Of a DNA stretch of 64,000 nt, positions 25,801-38,241 are shown piece after piece (the stretch's first letter is position 1; every line of letters starts with the position of its first letter). The notes beneath the pieces are model-generated. The model was not told the origin of the DNA and ran no database searches. It saw only the letters and a program-made list of their open reading frames with translations. The stretch is from Amphiscolops sp. MND2022 (Eukaryota): assembly GCA_964187785.1 (NCBI GenBank), contig OZ076409.1, positions 12,836,001 to 12,900,000 on the forward strand, read 5' to 3'. The position numbers were made by a program, and so were the translations under genes.

Positions 25801-28200
25801 ACTGGAAAAAACTTAACTGTAGCAGATATGCTTTCACGAACTTTTACAAAAGAACAATTACAAGTACACCAAGTACGACACAAACAATTACCACCTCAAA
25901 TAGATTTCTCTATCATGAAAGATAATCAACTCAAACCATTACATTATTTAGTGAAACACGAAGAAATCAAGTACAATCAAAAAAATGATTGTCATCCTAT
26001 CCTTGCTGACTACGAAGACGACCAATTCTCTATCCGTATAAATAACAAAGGAGAAGATATCCACATAAAACTTTTAGATTTCTTCTCTTTTCAATCTATT
26101 GTTCCATTTGAATCAAAATATAAAACGCCTACAAAAAACCAAACAAAATCTCTCTTACAACAATCGACAATTCTTAATGATACTGATATTCTCAGTGATG
26201 ACGATGAACTAACTCAATCAAATAACATCCAACATCAAAACTCAGACATATTAAAAGAACACACACTTGCTATACAATATCCTACCAAATCCGATTATTG
26301 TAGACAACAAGTTCTATTTTTTGATCCATCTTTTTTCAAATACAAAAGATATTTTAATTATTTCTTCCTCCAAGAAGATACACAAATAACCATTGAAACA
26401 ATAAAAGCTCAACAAAACCAAGACACTGTTTTACAAAAGGTTTACCAATGGATACTTGAAAATGAAAGACCTATACAAATAAACCCAACAATTGCAGCTA
26501 ATTCTTTCTTATTAGTATATTACAAAATTTTCAACCAACTATATATTAACCATGATACAAAAATTATACACATAGATTATCCTAATCTTCACGATTCCAA
26601 TCCGAATCAAAGAGACAAAATATGTCTACTATTTAAACTCTTCCACGCAGCTTTTAACAAACTTCATGCTCACGGATACTCAGAAATGAAAATATCCATC
26701 AAAGCTTTCAACCAATTTTACTTCATACCATATTTGAATAAATGGATGTCAATATTCATCCATGATTGTATTGAATGTCAACAAAATAAACTCATTAACC
26801 AAACAATACAAACTGCATCCATACACACCTTCTCAGAAAATGCTTCATATTTTAATTACCGAATATCAATGGATACAAAAGGACCTATAAACCCACCATC
26901 AAATCAAAATTCATACATTCATGTTATAGTAGACGCTTTTAGTCACTTTGTAGTAACAGTACCCATAAAGCAAAATAATGCTCAAAACGCTGTTAACTCT
27001 TTACTACATCATTGGATAACAAAATTTGGACCTCCTGTATGACTAGTTACCGACCGTGGAACAGAATACATTACTTCCGAATTTGCAAACCTTTGTGCTA
27101 CAATGGGAATTAGACATTCACCAAGAACTCCTTATGCATCATGGACTAATGGTCTAGTTGAAAATCAAAACAGAAATCTTGGAACTCATCTCAGACTTTT
27201 CTTACATAACACTCCAGAAAACTGGTCTACTCAAGTTCATATGTATGCTTATACACATATTTCACAACCATTTTCTGAAATGGACTTATCTCCATATGAA
27301 ATACTATTTCATACTATACCCAGAATTCCAATCAATTTTGAACTCAATCTCCAAAGAGATACATATAGAAATTGTACTTCCCAATATTGTCAAGAATTAC
27401 CACTTCATACACACCATGACAAATCAAATCTAAACCCCTTCTTCCATAAAATTTTATCTAAACCGATCCCACAATGGATCTTAGCCACTGAAACTGCTAT
27501 GATACAAATATACCACACAGTATATGAAAACACAAAAAATATAATTCTTAGGCCTATTTTAACAAAACATACCACAATCCGAGACCCTTGGATATTGGTA
27601 CATTTGCACTAAAAAGAAATTTTCTCCACGTTCATTTTTCCGATAAATTAAAACCTCTCAGAATTGGACCATTCAAAATTATTTAAAAAATTTCCGATAT
27701 AACGTATGAAATTGTTAATCAAGATGGTTATACATCTCACATACACAGAAATCATTTAATTCCTTACTATCCAAAAGAACCAATTATTTTTCCTTTCCTA
27801 CAACAGTATAATCCTCATTTATTCAGTGATAGTCTTTCGAATATAAACGATCAAATAATTAACTCCGATGAAAACCAATTTAGTGACGAAGATCAATTTT
27901 CTTACACAACACCTAATAAAGAAACGGATATACCATCCACAATCGACTTCCAACCAGAATCATTTAGCCAATATTCTTCATTTCCGTACTAACAAAAGGA
28001 ACAAATTCCTCCAAATACCAACTCAGATAACCAATCAGACCTTCATGACTATGATAATTTTATTAACCCCCGAAGACACTCCTATAATAGATACATTTTC
28101 CGCCCACAAACAAGAAAAGACTATCGTTTTTCAAGAAAAGACTTTTCAAGAAAAGACTTGGTGAAAACGATATAATTTCACTTTCTCAAAAACCCTGCTG
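19806..28200 (+). pseudogene. gag-pol: Element B Gag-Pol polyprotein (~2,800 codons, several stops and frameshifts)
   Basis: Retrotransposon-gag core (SLTGTAVDWY...WNSFVQLFKKQF), knuckle CSY(R)HKNNHSISNC, protease LLDTGAS, RT YIDD, RNase H DAS/ELLAI/TDH/ADMLSR, integrase zinc-finger remnant and DTKGP/DRG/NGLVE, GPF motif (IGPFK). Confidence 0.92.
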
Positions 28201-28381
28201 AAATACAGAAAGAAATATAAAATGAAAATTTGAAAGAAAGAAAGGAAGTTTGAAGCTTAATGTGAAATTGAATGAAAAATATTTCACAAGTGATAATGAA
28301 AAAAAGAAATCCTAATTGATATAAAATTATAACTAATTTACAAATTGAAACAAACTACCATAACACAAAGATTTCAAAATT

Positions 28382-29833
28382 GATAGACATATTCACTCAC
28401 CATCATCAACCACAAATAACTCATCTTCTAGTTCAACACATTCACTCCAAAAACTACCTGAATATACAGCATATTCAAACTCAGATACAGACATACTGGA
28501 TTCCTCATCCTCAAATCCCAGTCCATCCGCTCCATATACTCCTGATAGAGTACCAACAAGACCCACCAATACATCTATAACCCAAACTCAAACACTAGTA
28601 ATAACAACTCAATCACAACCTATTTCACGAAATCTAACATTTGCAGAAACAAATTCACCAGTTTCTGACTCTAATGATGAAACAGTTACAACACCAAATA
28701 CACAAGATACTTCAAATATTTTAAATAGACCTCCTCTTCCACCAATCACTACCACTAGTTCCGTTCATATCCCTGATCCCAGCTCAGTTCTACAATACAT
28801 AAACTCTTGTCCACATAAAGTTCCAACCGCAACGAAAACAAAAAGAAAACCTCCTTTACCTACATTACCACAAGACCTTAATCTACCATCATCAAGTCAT
28901 ACTCCAATAACATTCTTACCAGAACCTTCATGGAAGGCACCAGTGAAGAAATCACAATAACACCCAATTCCTTCACCATCTGAACTAAGTTCATTCACAT
29001 TTTCTCAAATATGTCCCAAACTTGAATTAGAACGTGTACATTCAACCACTACATCTTCTTTACCAGATTTATATCATAAAGACAAAGATTCTGACTCAAC
29101 TGCTAGTACTAGAGTACCAAGACATAATTATAACCTTCGATCTCAACAACAAAGAAATTCTCAGGAATTACAATCTTTAACTAGTTCAAGTACAAACTCA
29201 AGACTACTTAGACAGCACGCCCAACCCAGATTAGACACTTCTTCTCTTTCCTCATCCCAACCCACTATACCATCTTCTTTATCACTACCATTTCAAATCA
29301 CATCAGGATTTGAAACAGCTTCTCTTCTTTCTGAAGACCCAGTAACTATATCAGATAGCGCAGCTAATTTTTCGCGAGTTTACTCACCTAGTTCAATAGC
29401 ATCAAACTCTTTTATACAATCACCTGAATATTTTTTAGGAGATTTCTCAAGACCTCCAACACCAAACCCTCACGAATATCCCATCCGTGTTAATTCAAAA
29501 ATTGTTCGTACGCTTAACGAAGCTCCTCGATACACGGTCGTACCTGCAAGATTTATAAACAATAGTTCACTCTCAACTCAAAGAAAACAAAGAGAATTAC
29601 GAAGATTACAAGAACAACAACTCACTTTAAAATTTGAAGTAGAAGTCACATTCAACTCCTCAGGACCTCATCCATTCTCTTTTTCAACAAGAGTAGCACA
29701 CAAAACAACCCCATCACCATTCATAGTCACATCCATTTCTTACCTTTGTGACGCAGAATTACCTGAGATTAGAACAGGACATATAAACTTTTTTAATCCC
29801 TACTCCGGACTTAATTATAGAACAATATTTTAA
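28382..29833 (+). pseudogene. Ser/Thr/Pro-rich reading frame (~480 codons, one internal stop) between pol and env; no start Met seen
   Basis: By manual translation the frame is open apart from TAA at 28958; it is the same frame as env and ends at a 19-bp tandem duplication near 29816-29853. Confidence 0.6.
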
Positions 29834-29866
29834 CTATAGAACAATATTTTAACCAATGTTTTAACC

Positions 29867-32522
29867 ATGAACCAAATCACCTTTACCTTATACCTAATAT
29901 ACATAATACAGGTTGTAAAATACACACATATAATACATATAGTTCACTCTTTAGTTCACCCTTCAACTGTTCCTAAAGTTGACACAACCAATTCCGAAAA
30001 TCATATTTCAGACCAAGACCCTAACATTTTAAACTTGATGGTATCCCATTATGATTGTGCAAAACAAAACAATTTAAGGCAATTCAGTTTCTTAAATGTC
30101 GAACCATGTAAACAAGCACCCTCAGATATACAACACACAAAAACCCAAGCAACAGTTTATGTTAGAGCAAAGGCCAAAAGAATAAAAGCCTTTAAATGCG
30201 AAGCATATTTAAAGACTGAAAAGGTCTGGTGTTCACGAACATTCACATCTAGTAGACGATATGATCGTTCACAATGGGGACAAAACATATTAGATCTTCC
30301 AAAAATATTGGACCCTGTTGAATGCAAAAACATGATACGATATTTAAACGCGACTGATAGCGAAGAACTGAACAATTACAATATACAAAGTTCGTTCTCA
30401 TTGTTCGACAGTAGTAACTATCAAAACACAATTGAACGAATTCAAACACCATTTAGAGTAAAAAAATTAAACACATGGCATATTGGAACCTTCGTATTCG
30501 ATGAAAATTATCCCGACTGGATAGTTAATGTTACACAAAATACATACTCCAGATGTCGATCCGACCAAGAACATTTAATTACCCGACAAAGTTGGAAACT
30601 TAGAATTGTTAACACCGCAATAGATTATGACGATAAAAACAATCAATTAATACATGACGGACACATATTACCATGCTATCATTCAGACGGATTTTGTAAA
30701 CCAACGACAAAAACTCCATATACATTAACATGGTTTGATGAAAAAAATTGCCTCATATTTCAACTTCAAGAATTCATTGGTAGAATGACACGAATCAAAG
30801 ATAGATATTGGATAGAAACCGATACCTTCATTGAAACTTCAAACATCACACAAAAACTTCAAACTGAAGGAATACAAGGAACAAGATATCCTAATGTGAA
30901 AACACCACAATCAAAAGTAAGCAATCCAAGCCTTTCTCGATTTGAAATATACCCAATTGCACAAACCTTTTGTGGAAAACCTGAACCATTATTCTCAACA
31001 CAATATGATGACATCTTTGTTACATACTTAGATGGCTTTGATATGAACACAGGACTACCAAAACCACACTCAATAAATGACCAATCAATTAGTGGAAACT
31101 TAAAATATGATGACTCAAATAAAAAGTATATATTCCCTGCATTGAATATATCAAACAATTTCGCCTTTTCAGATTATGACGCCCACATTAATACAAAAAT
31201 TGATTTCACAATAAATCATGTATTTAAATCCATGACAGTACAAGAACAAAACACCCTTCATACAATATGTGAACTGGAAAGAACTCAATTGTTAACGATC
31301 CTAGCTATGTCAGTTAAAAATCCTCAATTAGCCGGTTTTCTTTTAACTGGAAATCGTAGTAACTTTCTCTACGTTGAAGGATCTACAGCATGGCTGTATG
31401 ATTGCCCTCATTTTATATCACCACTATACAAGGCAGATAAATGCTTTGATAGAATTCCCATACACTACAGAGAAACGATAATGTATGTTAATCCTATAAC
31501 AAGACAAATTTTTAACTATGCAACACCAATTGAATGTGGAAATAACCCACAAAATATAATCGAATTAGACCCAGATTCTAACGACGGAGATTTTCATGTG
31601 TTTACACCAGAACCACTCAAACGAGAAGCACCACAAATGTTTAAACTTACCCAAATTAAAACAACAATCACTCCTAATATATTTACCGCCCAAGATGCCG
31701 TTATATACTCGAATGCAGAATTAGATCATTTCTGGAACAGAGTATTATTCGCTAAACATTCAGACACAACCCTTCAATTACTTGGAAAATCATTAAGCTA
31801 TGATTTCATCACAGTGCATAATGATAAACATTCCTACTCAGCACATAATCCTTATAATCATTTAAGGATTGGAGTACATGACCACTTGTTAAACCTCTTA
31901 CCATTTTTCAACCCTGACTGGTTCAGTCAAGCATTCATTAATTTCTTTGGATATCCATGTTATGTTTTAACACAAAGTGGAATTTATTTTTCAACATTTC
32001 TTTTCTCTTAGAAAAGTCTTAACATTTTTACTCAAATTCTACAGAACAATTAGCATAAAATACAATCTCCAAAGCAACATTTCCATTTTGAGTTCAATAG
32101 CCCATGGATTTTTTAATATAGTTACATCGGAAATGGTAACCGATTTAAACAATACAGGAAAACGAAAACGGATATATACTAAACACAAAATTACAACAAG
32201 TGAAATGGATAATATCCTATTGCCGGAAAAAGAATTAAACAATAAACGAAGATACTCTGATAATGACTCCCCTTATTTACCTCCTAAATATTCCAGTAAG
32301 AATTCAACATTTCAATCACCGCAAAAGACACACTCAACTACTGTCAACGATATTAATTCTCAGGACTATAACCCAATATTATCAAATGTAAAAGCTGTAC
32401 CGGAAAGTCCTGCTAAAGTCTTTACAAAATTTAATCCCTCCCAGCTAAAAAGCAATAACCAAATAAACAAATTAACTCCAGAAAAAGTTCAAAAATTATC
32501 AACAAAATTCTTCTCAGTTTAA
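29867..32522 (+). CDS. env: Envelope glycoprotein, class III fusogen-like (chuvirus G / herpes gB type); frameshift near 32005
   Basis: Hydrophobic N-terminus; Cys-rich ectodomain YDC...CEA...CELER.QL..ILAM...P..AG.LL.G...EG..AW...CP...CFDRIP...PITR...C; hydrophobic C-terminal segments and a tail in ORF 31977..32522. Confidence 0.8.
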
Positions 32523-32885
32523 CTTTCATTCAAACCCAAATTCTCACTCGGACCAGTCTCTCCTTTTCAACTCAACTGAAAAATTCACTTGCCTATCACA
32601 ACTCAACTCTCAAACAGAAGACTTCAACTGGATCTTCAGTCCATCTAAAAGACCGAAATTACAGACGTTTCTATTCCTGGAATAGATGCCACTGTGATTG
32701 TTGATGTTTTCAACCCACAATTGTTTCAGTTATTCTCATATTGTAAGTACAATTTAAACTTCAATTTTAACAAACAATTTAATGGATAGAAAAGACATAA
32801 CAAAAATTTTCCTTATTATTAGAAACAGTATAATCAAACGTTATAATCATTATTTTAGCTCTACAAAAACACGCAAGTTTAAATA

Positions 32886-34178
32886 ATGGAATCCTTGCCC
32901 GAAATTGATGTAGTTAATTCTAACCCCTCTGAATTGCTTGCATCCCCTTTGAATATAACTATTCAACAAAATGTTAACGAAGATAATAACTCATCTTCAG
33001 ACTCTCAAGATCCCATGGAAACTATTCCTATTGAACAAGTAGATCATGTTAACGCAAGATCTCAAAAAAGAAAGTACCCAGATATAACTGCAGAAAAACC
33101 TTTTATGGAATCTGGCGCTTGCCCTCCTTTCATAAAACCAGTTAAACAAGATGAAGATAGAGATTGTGAAATAGTTCCTATTCTCTCATCAAAACAATTT
33201 ACCTTCCAATCTCAGTTAACCTCGTTATATATGATTCCAACAAAATACAAATTCATCATCAGAGAACTTAAAAATGATTATCATACTTCAATCGCTTCAA
33301 AATTGATCACCCCATATGATTGGTGGTTAAACAAAAAAGTGAAAATTTTCTCACTCCAATACAATTTCCTCAGACCATCTCCATATGATCTTCGAACCGA
33401 AAAAAATGATGCAAATTTTTTGCCATACCAAATCAAAAAAGCTCATCACATGACTTATCAGAAGTTTCTTCAATACAAAGAGCCCGATAATTATATATTC
33501 TTCAATTCCAAGTATACGTCGCCATTTACTTTCAACTCAGAATATTTGATAGATTATACCAAAAAAAGAGGAAAACTTAGAAATTACGATCCGCTTAAAC
33601 AAAGTTTTCTTTTCCTTCTAAATGATAACCCAAAAAGACAAATCATTGTACCACAAGAATACCTCATTCTGAACGACGATTCGTTATTACAAGAAGATAT
33701 ACCTCAAAATATATCTGAGCCTTTTCCTCCACTTCAACATATAGCCTCTCAACCTCTGGGAGACTGTGAATAATCTTATTTTTACGCAATGACCAAAAAG
33801 GGGTATTCAAATAATGAATTAATTTTCATTATTTTTCACCTGCTTTCACTTCTTACAAATGGAAATCATAAAAAACACAAAAAGACAAAACAAAAATCGC
33901 CAAAGAAAACCAAAAATGACATTCCTCAACCACAAAGTTTTCGCCCAACGGACGAATTACAGAAATATACAGAAATTCTGAACATCATAAAACCTTATCA
34001 TCACCCGAACCGAGATATTCTCATAACAATCGCCGAAATTGTAAATACTCTTGAACAAGCTCGACGCATAATACAAAATATCGTATTTGATACGACAAGA
34101 ATTAGCCAATCAGCTTTGTGTATTCGCACATCATTAGACGAATTCAACTACACAATTGAAAAAATGCACCGATCTTAA
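32886..34178 (+). pseudogene. Element B accessory ORF 1 (~430 aa, one in-frame stop at 33771-33773), function unknown
   Basis: ORFs 32886..33773 and 33789..34178 share a frame and are 15 nt apart; acidic N-terminus, basic KKHKKTKQKSPKK tract. Confidence 0.7.
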
Positions 34179-34701
34179 CTGGTAATTATGGGATAATCAC
34201 TTTAAATTGTTAACACTTATCACTTAATCTCTTAACAACCTGTCAAAATTAATTGAGTCTACACGCATATGCCTGCTATGCATGATTATATTACACGCTT
34301 GATATTAAAATACTCTTTTAAAATAAAATAATACAAAAATTTTCAATCGCGACATGAAAATTTTTAACAAAATTCCTCAATTGCTCCTCCTTTTAATGGA
34401 CCGATTTCAACAAATAAGAACTTATATGAAACATTTTTAAATACCCTTCAAAAGATTTCCAAAATACATCAACTTAATTCTTAAAATTAAAAAGTTATAA
34501 CATCACAAATTACATCAAAAAAATGTCAACTACGAAATTCTATTTTCAAAGGAAACTTTATTGTAAACAAACTAATCTATTTTAGGTGAATATCGTCACA
34601 ACTGCTTCGTCAGCATTCCTTCCTCCTCTCAAGCCGTCCATCCAATCAGAAATCCAACGTATCTTCTACAACTTTCAACAAATTTCATCATATTCTTCAA
34701 T

Positions 34702-35178
34702 ATGACGACACTTCATTCTGGTGACACAGACTGCCCGATAGCTCCTCTTCTTTCAATTCCTTCAGCTCGATTGCGATCCTTGATTCTGAAAAAGCATTTA
34801 ACAACATTAAATGCGCAGCTCAAAACAGATAAAAAGGCAGACCCTCATCTTACAAGAATGATATTGCTCAATATGTTCCAAATATTCCAAATTACACGAA
34901 AAAACTTTGACCAATATCTTCAAATTCATAAACATCCTGATACATATTCAACTCAACGAGACGCCACTGCCCAAACAGAGCATACTACCATCAAGCCCAA
35001 ACTTTTAGTACGAAACTTATCTAACAGAATACGTTCTGAAATGGAAAAACAACGTCTAAATTTCTATTGGCCTTCAGACAATCACGACGATACTGATGAA
35101 GAACTTCAAAAAGACCCTCCAGAAGCACTTCTAGATGATAATTACCCATACAAAACAAATACCTACGTCTCTTTCTGA
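34702..35178 (+). CDS. Element B accessory ORF 2 (158 aa or more), function unknown
   Basis: Sense ORF inside the element; preceded by a CTAAT...TTTTAG acceptor-like site near 34586. Confidence 0.5.
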   Translation: MTTLHSGDTDCPIAPLLSIPSARLRSLILKKHLTTLNAQLKTDKKADPHLTRMILLNMFQIFQITRKNFDQYLQIHKHPDTYSTQRDATAQTEHTTIKPKLLVRNLSNRIRSEMEKQRLNFYWPSDNHDDTDEELQKDPPEALLDDNYPYKTNTYVSF

Positions 35179-36216
35179 TATCAACAGATGACATCAACAG
35201 CACTCGTCCACCCCCATCTTCGAATCCAACATCTACAACGATTGATCGTCACAGCTCAGCACCCGTTCTTCACAACGTCATCGCCGCCCAACAGCTGACC
35301 CATCTTCTTCCATCTTCCAATCTTCAATCTTCAGCCATCCAATTCTCAGCCGAAGATGATTGATAATCAATAATAAAGGAAACTCAAAGAAAAAACATTG
35401 TCCATGAGAATATTTAAAAAGATTCAAACTCATCTAATATTTAAAAAGATTCAAACTCATACCGAAAACATTCGCAATGTATTTATCATTTCAAATGTAA
35501 TCCCCACCCATATTTATTTGCCCTTAAAGTCTTTTAATCCACACCCGTACCGATATTTATTTGCTTTATTTTTAAAGAATAATTAATAGTTATTATTTTT
35601 CAGTGCTATCCTATCCAAAATTAACATATGTTAACAACAAATCTTTTCAAAATTCAACAAAACAAGTTCAAAAATAGATCAAGCACATTGTTCAAATCAG
35701 ATTCGAATAATGACAGACCCAAATTCTCAAAGTTTTCAACACTTGTTACATAACAAACCCGCCAAAGTTAATCACAACCTGATATCTTTTCAGACAGTTT
35801 TCACACTCGATAAAAAAATCTTACCAACAAAAATTTTTCAATGACTCTTTGACCTTTAACTCGTATGATGTTTGCTCACGTTTGTTCAATGCGAAGTTCA
35901 TTCAAAGACTTCAACAGAGGCATAAAATTGAGCATCTACCAGTTCAAAAAACAAGCCGACGAAAGCATAGTGAAAAAACACTTTGACGCTTTTTGAACTG
36001 TAGTCGCACCTACGAGGTGTCAATCAAAATTTTGACAATTCGAGGTACACCAATGAGTCGAACTTACACCACTCTTAAAGAGACTTTTGCCAATCATCCA
36101 TCAAATGAAAAATGTTAACTAGCTGAAACGCTAAGAACATTTAAACAACATTTTTTTCTCCATTTTAATTACCGATGCTATTTTAAAATTTTATTTTATT
36201 TAAAAACCGGGATGGA

Positions 36217-36348
36217 TGTACTGACCTACATTAATAACCAATAGTATTTAGATGTTTATAGAATGTTCTAGAATGTACATTTATTTATTATTGAATGACT
36301 GTAAGTCTCTACTCCCTCAGAGAGAGAAAACTAATAATCAGTATTCAG
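36217..36348 (+). repeat. Truncated 3' LTR of element B
   Basis: Matches 17993 onward up to ...AATCAGTATTCAG, then identity ends; preceded by AAAAACCGGGATGGA. Confidence 0.92.
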
Positions 36349-38241
36349 GGATGCATTTTGCATGGTAGCTAAAATACGAGGAGTGAATCACCTTGATCAT
36401 TGGGGTGCCCAAAATCTTTCAAAGATCTGAGAAGCTCATTCGTGACTTCTAACGGTTTCCTGAGACCCTTTCAGATGCAACGTTCCTTGAGTACTGAGAT
36501 TAGATCGAGTGAAGCTGACTTGTACGATGCTTCCTTTGTTGGCGTTTCTATTGGTCAAAAAGCTCAAACCGAAAGCGTAAGTGGCGTTCTTGGCAGCTAT
36601 ACTAATCGAGCTAATCAACTCGACAGTCTCTTTTCAAGCATGAGTGCAGATAAAAAGTCTTTCATTCAACTTGTTAAAGAGTCTGCAGACACATTGAAGA
36701 GATAAAAAACAGTTTCAGATCAGTGCATGCGTTATCCACATTTGTCATGTTTACCACCAGCATTTTCGGTAAAGAACTGCTAGGATCCCTCCATTCTAAT
36801 CCCCTTGTCTAGTATTCTACTAGAGCAGTTACTCTACCAGTTGCAATGCATTTGCGTAAATTCAACTCATAGCAATAACTAAGTATCACTGTTTGCTTCG
36901 ATGATTATCTAGTTCTTTTGTTTTTCTGTTGAAAACATCAGCTTCAGCATCACGAAGCTACCCTTCATCAAATATTGTGTTTACCATCATGTCTAATGTT
37001 TTTGCTTTACGCGTATATGCTCCACTTCGAAATATGCTTTTTTTGTTGTAGGTCCATTTTTCCGCAGCGGACTTGTCATCCATTGAACCAACGAGTTATG
37101 TTTTTCGTACTTTTTTGTAATAGCTCAAAACTAATACGCCACAAAAGACGAATTCAAGTAGTTCCAAATACGCCCACGACAGGATCACGCCAGTGAGCTA
37201 CACAAGATCTACTGATCATTGTTTAGAATCAGTTCAGACGATTTTTTCAGTATGTATAAACAGCCGTTCCATATGCGAATATCGTTCTGGGAGAGGTCAG
37301 AAACTGGAGAAATACCTCAGATAAGCTCTAAAGAACTAGTTTCCAGCAACGCTTCTATATGAAACTGCAAATACCATTGTGAGATAAAGTTATATTGTTG
37401 GCAGGGACGCGAAATCGAATGCTTAACTACGACGACATCAATTGTGATTGATCGCAGGACTTCGAAGTTTCGAGGCAATCTAATTTTTCAGCGAACAATA
37501 TCTGGTATTTGTTCCTTGTTTTTTATCAACATTGACGCAGAATGGCTTGTATCAAGACCAATGTAAACGTTAAACTTGTGCTTGGTGAACTTCTCATTGA
37601 TCTTGTGTGCGAAATCTCTGCGTTTGTTCTTTGACGTAAAAAAAAAGAGGATAATAGGACTGCAGTTGTGGATTTCGCAACATTTCGTGTTTCTCTCTGG
37701 GGAAGTTTGTCGAGTGAGCGCTTCAAAAATTTGCATCTTAATATAGACCATCAATTTAGTATTGAGTGCTCACAAACTGTGAAAAGCTCAAAAAAAGCGT
37801 GTCTTAAAAATTGGTAAATTTCCTAATTGGCCGATTTCTTCTGTCAAAATAATGATGTAAAATCCTGTTCTGGAACGTTAGTTTCGGTGTCAGTAAGGAG
37901 CAGTAATTGTACGATAGCGTCTTATGAAGTGCTCTAATTTTGTTAATTTTTGAAGTACGAACCTCAAAACCCGAAAATGAAACTGCATATGTCTTCGAGG
38001 TTTGATAATTGAAAAGTCACGAAACTTGTTTGTCGTACAGACAATAAACAACTTACAAAAAACAATTAACTCATCTTTTAAGATCAGGAAGCCAATTTGG
38101 ACTGAGCAAGCAATACTGACAAAAATGTACTAAACATACGAGATATTCATCAAAATATTTGGTCAACGAAATAATGGAAGGTTGTTAGGCAGCCCAGAAG
38201 CGCATAGCTTTATTGAAAAACAAAAAAAATATATTTAAAAC

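Larger units (their letters stand above)
17993..36348 (+). mobile_element. Element B: ~18.4-kb env-carrying Ty3/Gypsy-like (retrovirus-like) LTR element with accessory ORFs; 3' LTR truncated
   Basis: 5' LTR, PBS, gag-PR-RT-RH-IN order, env-like ORF, extra ORFs, a weak purine tract and a partial second LTR. Confidence 0.93.

Noticed and set aside
36349..37450. Possible further BEL/Pao gag remnant after element B
   Set aside because: Too degenerate; no motif could be read with confidence.
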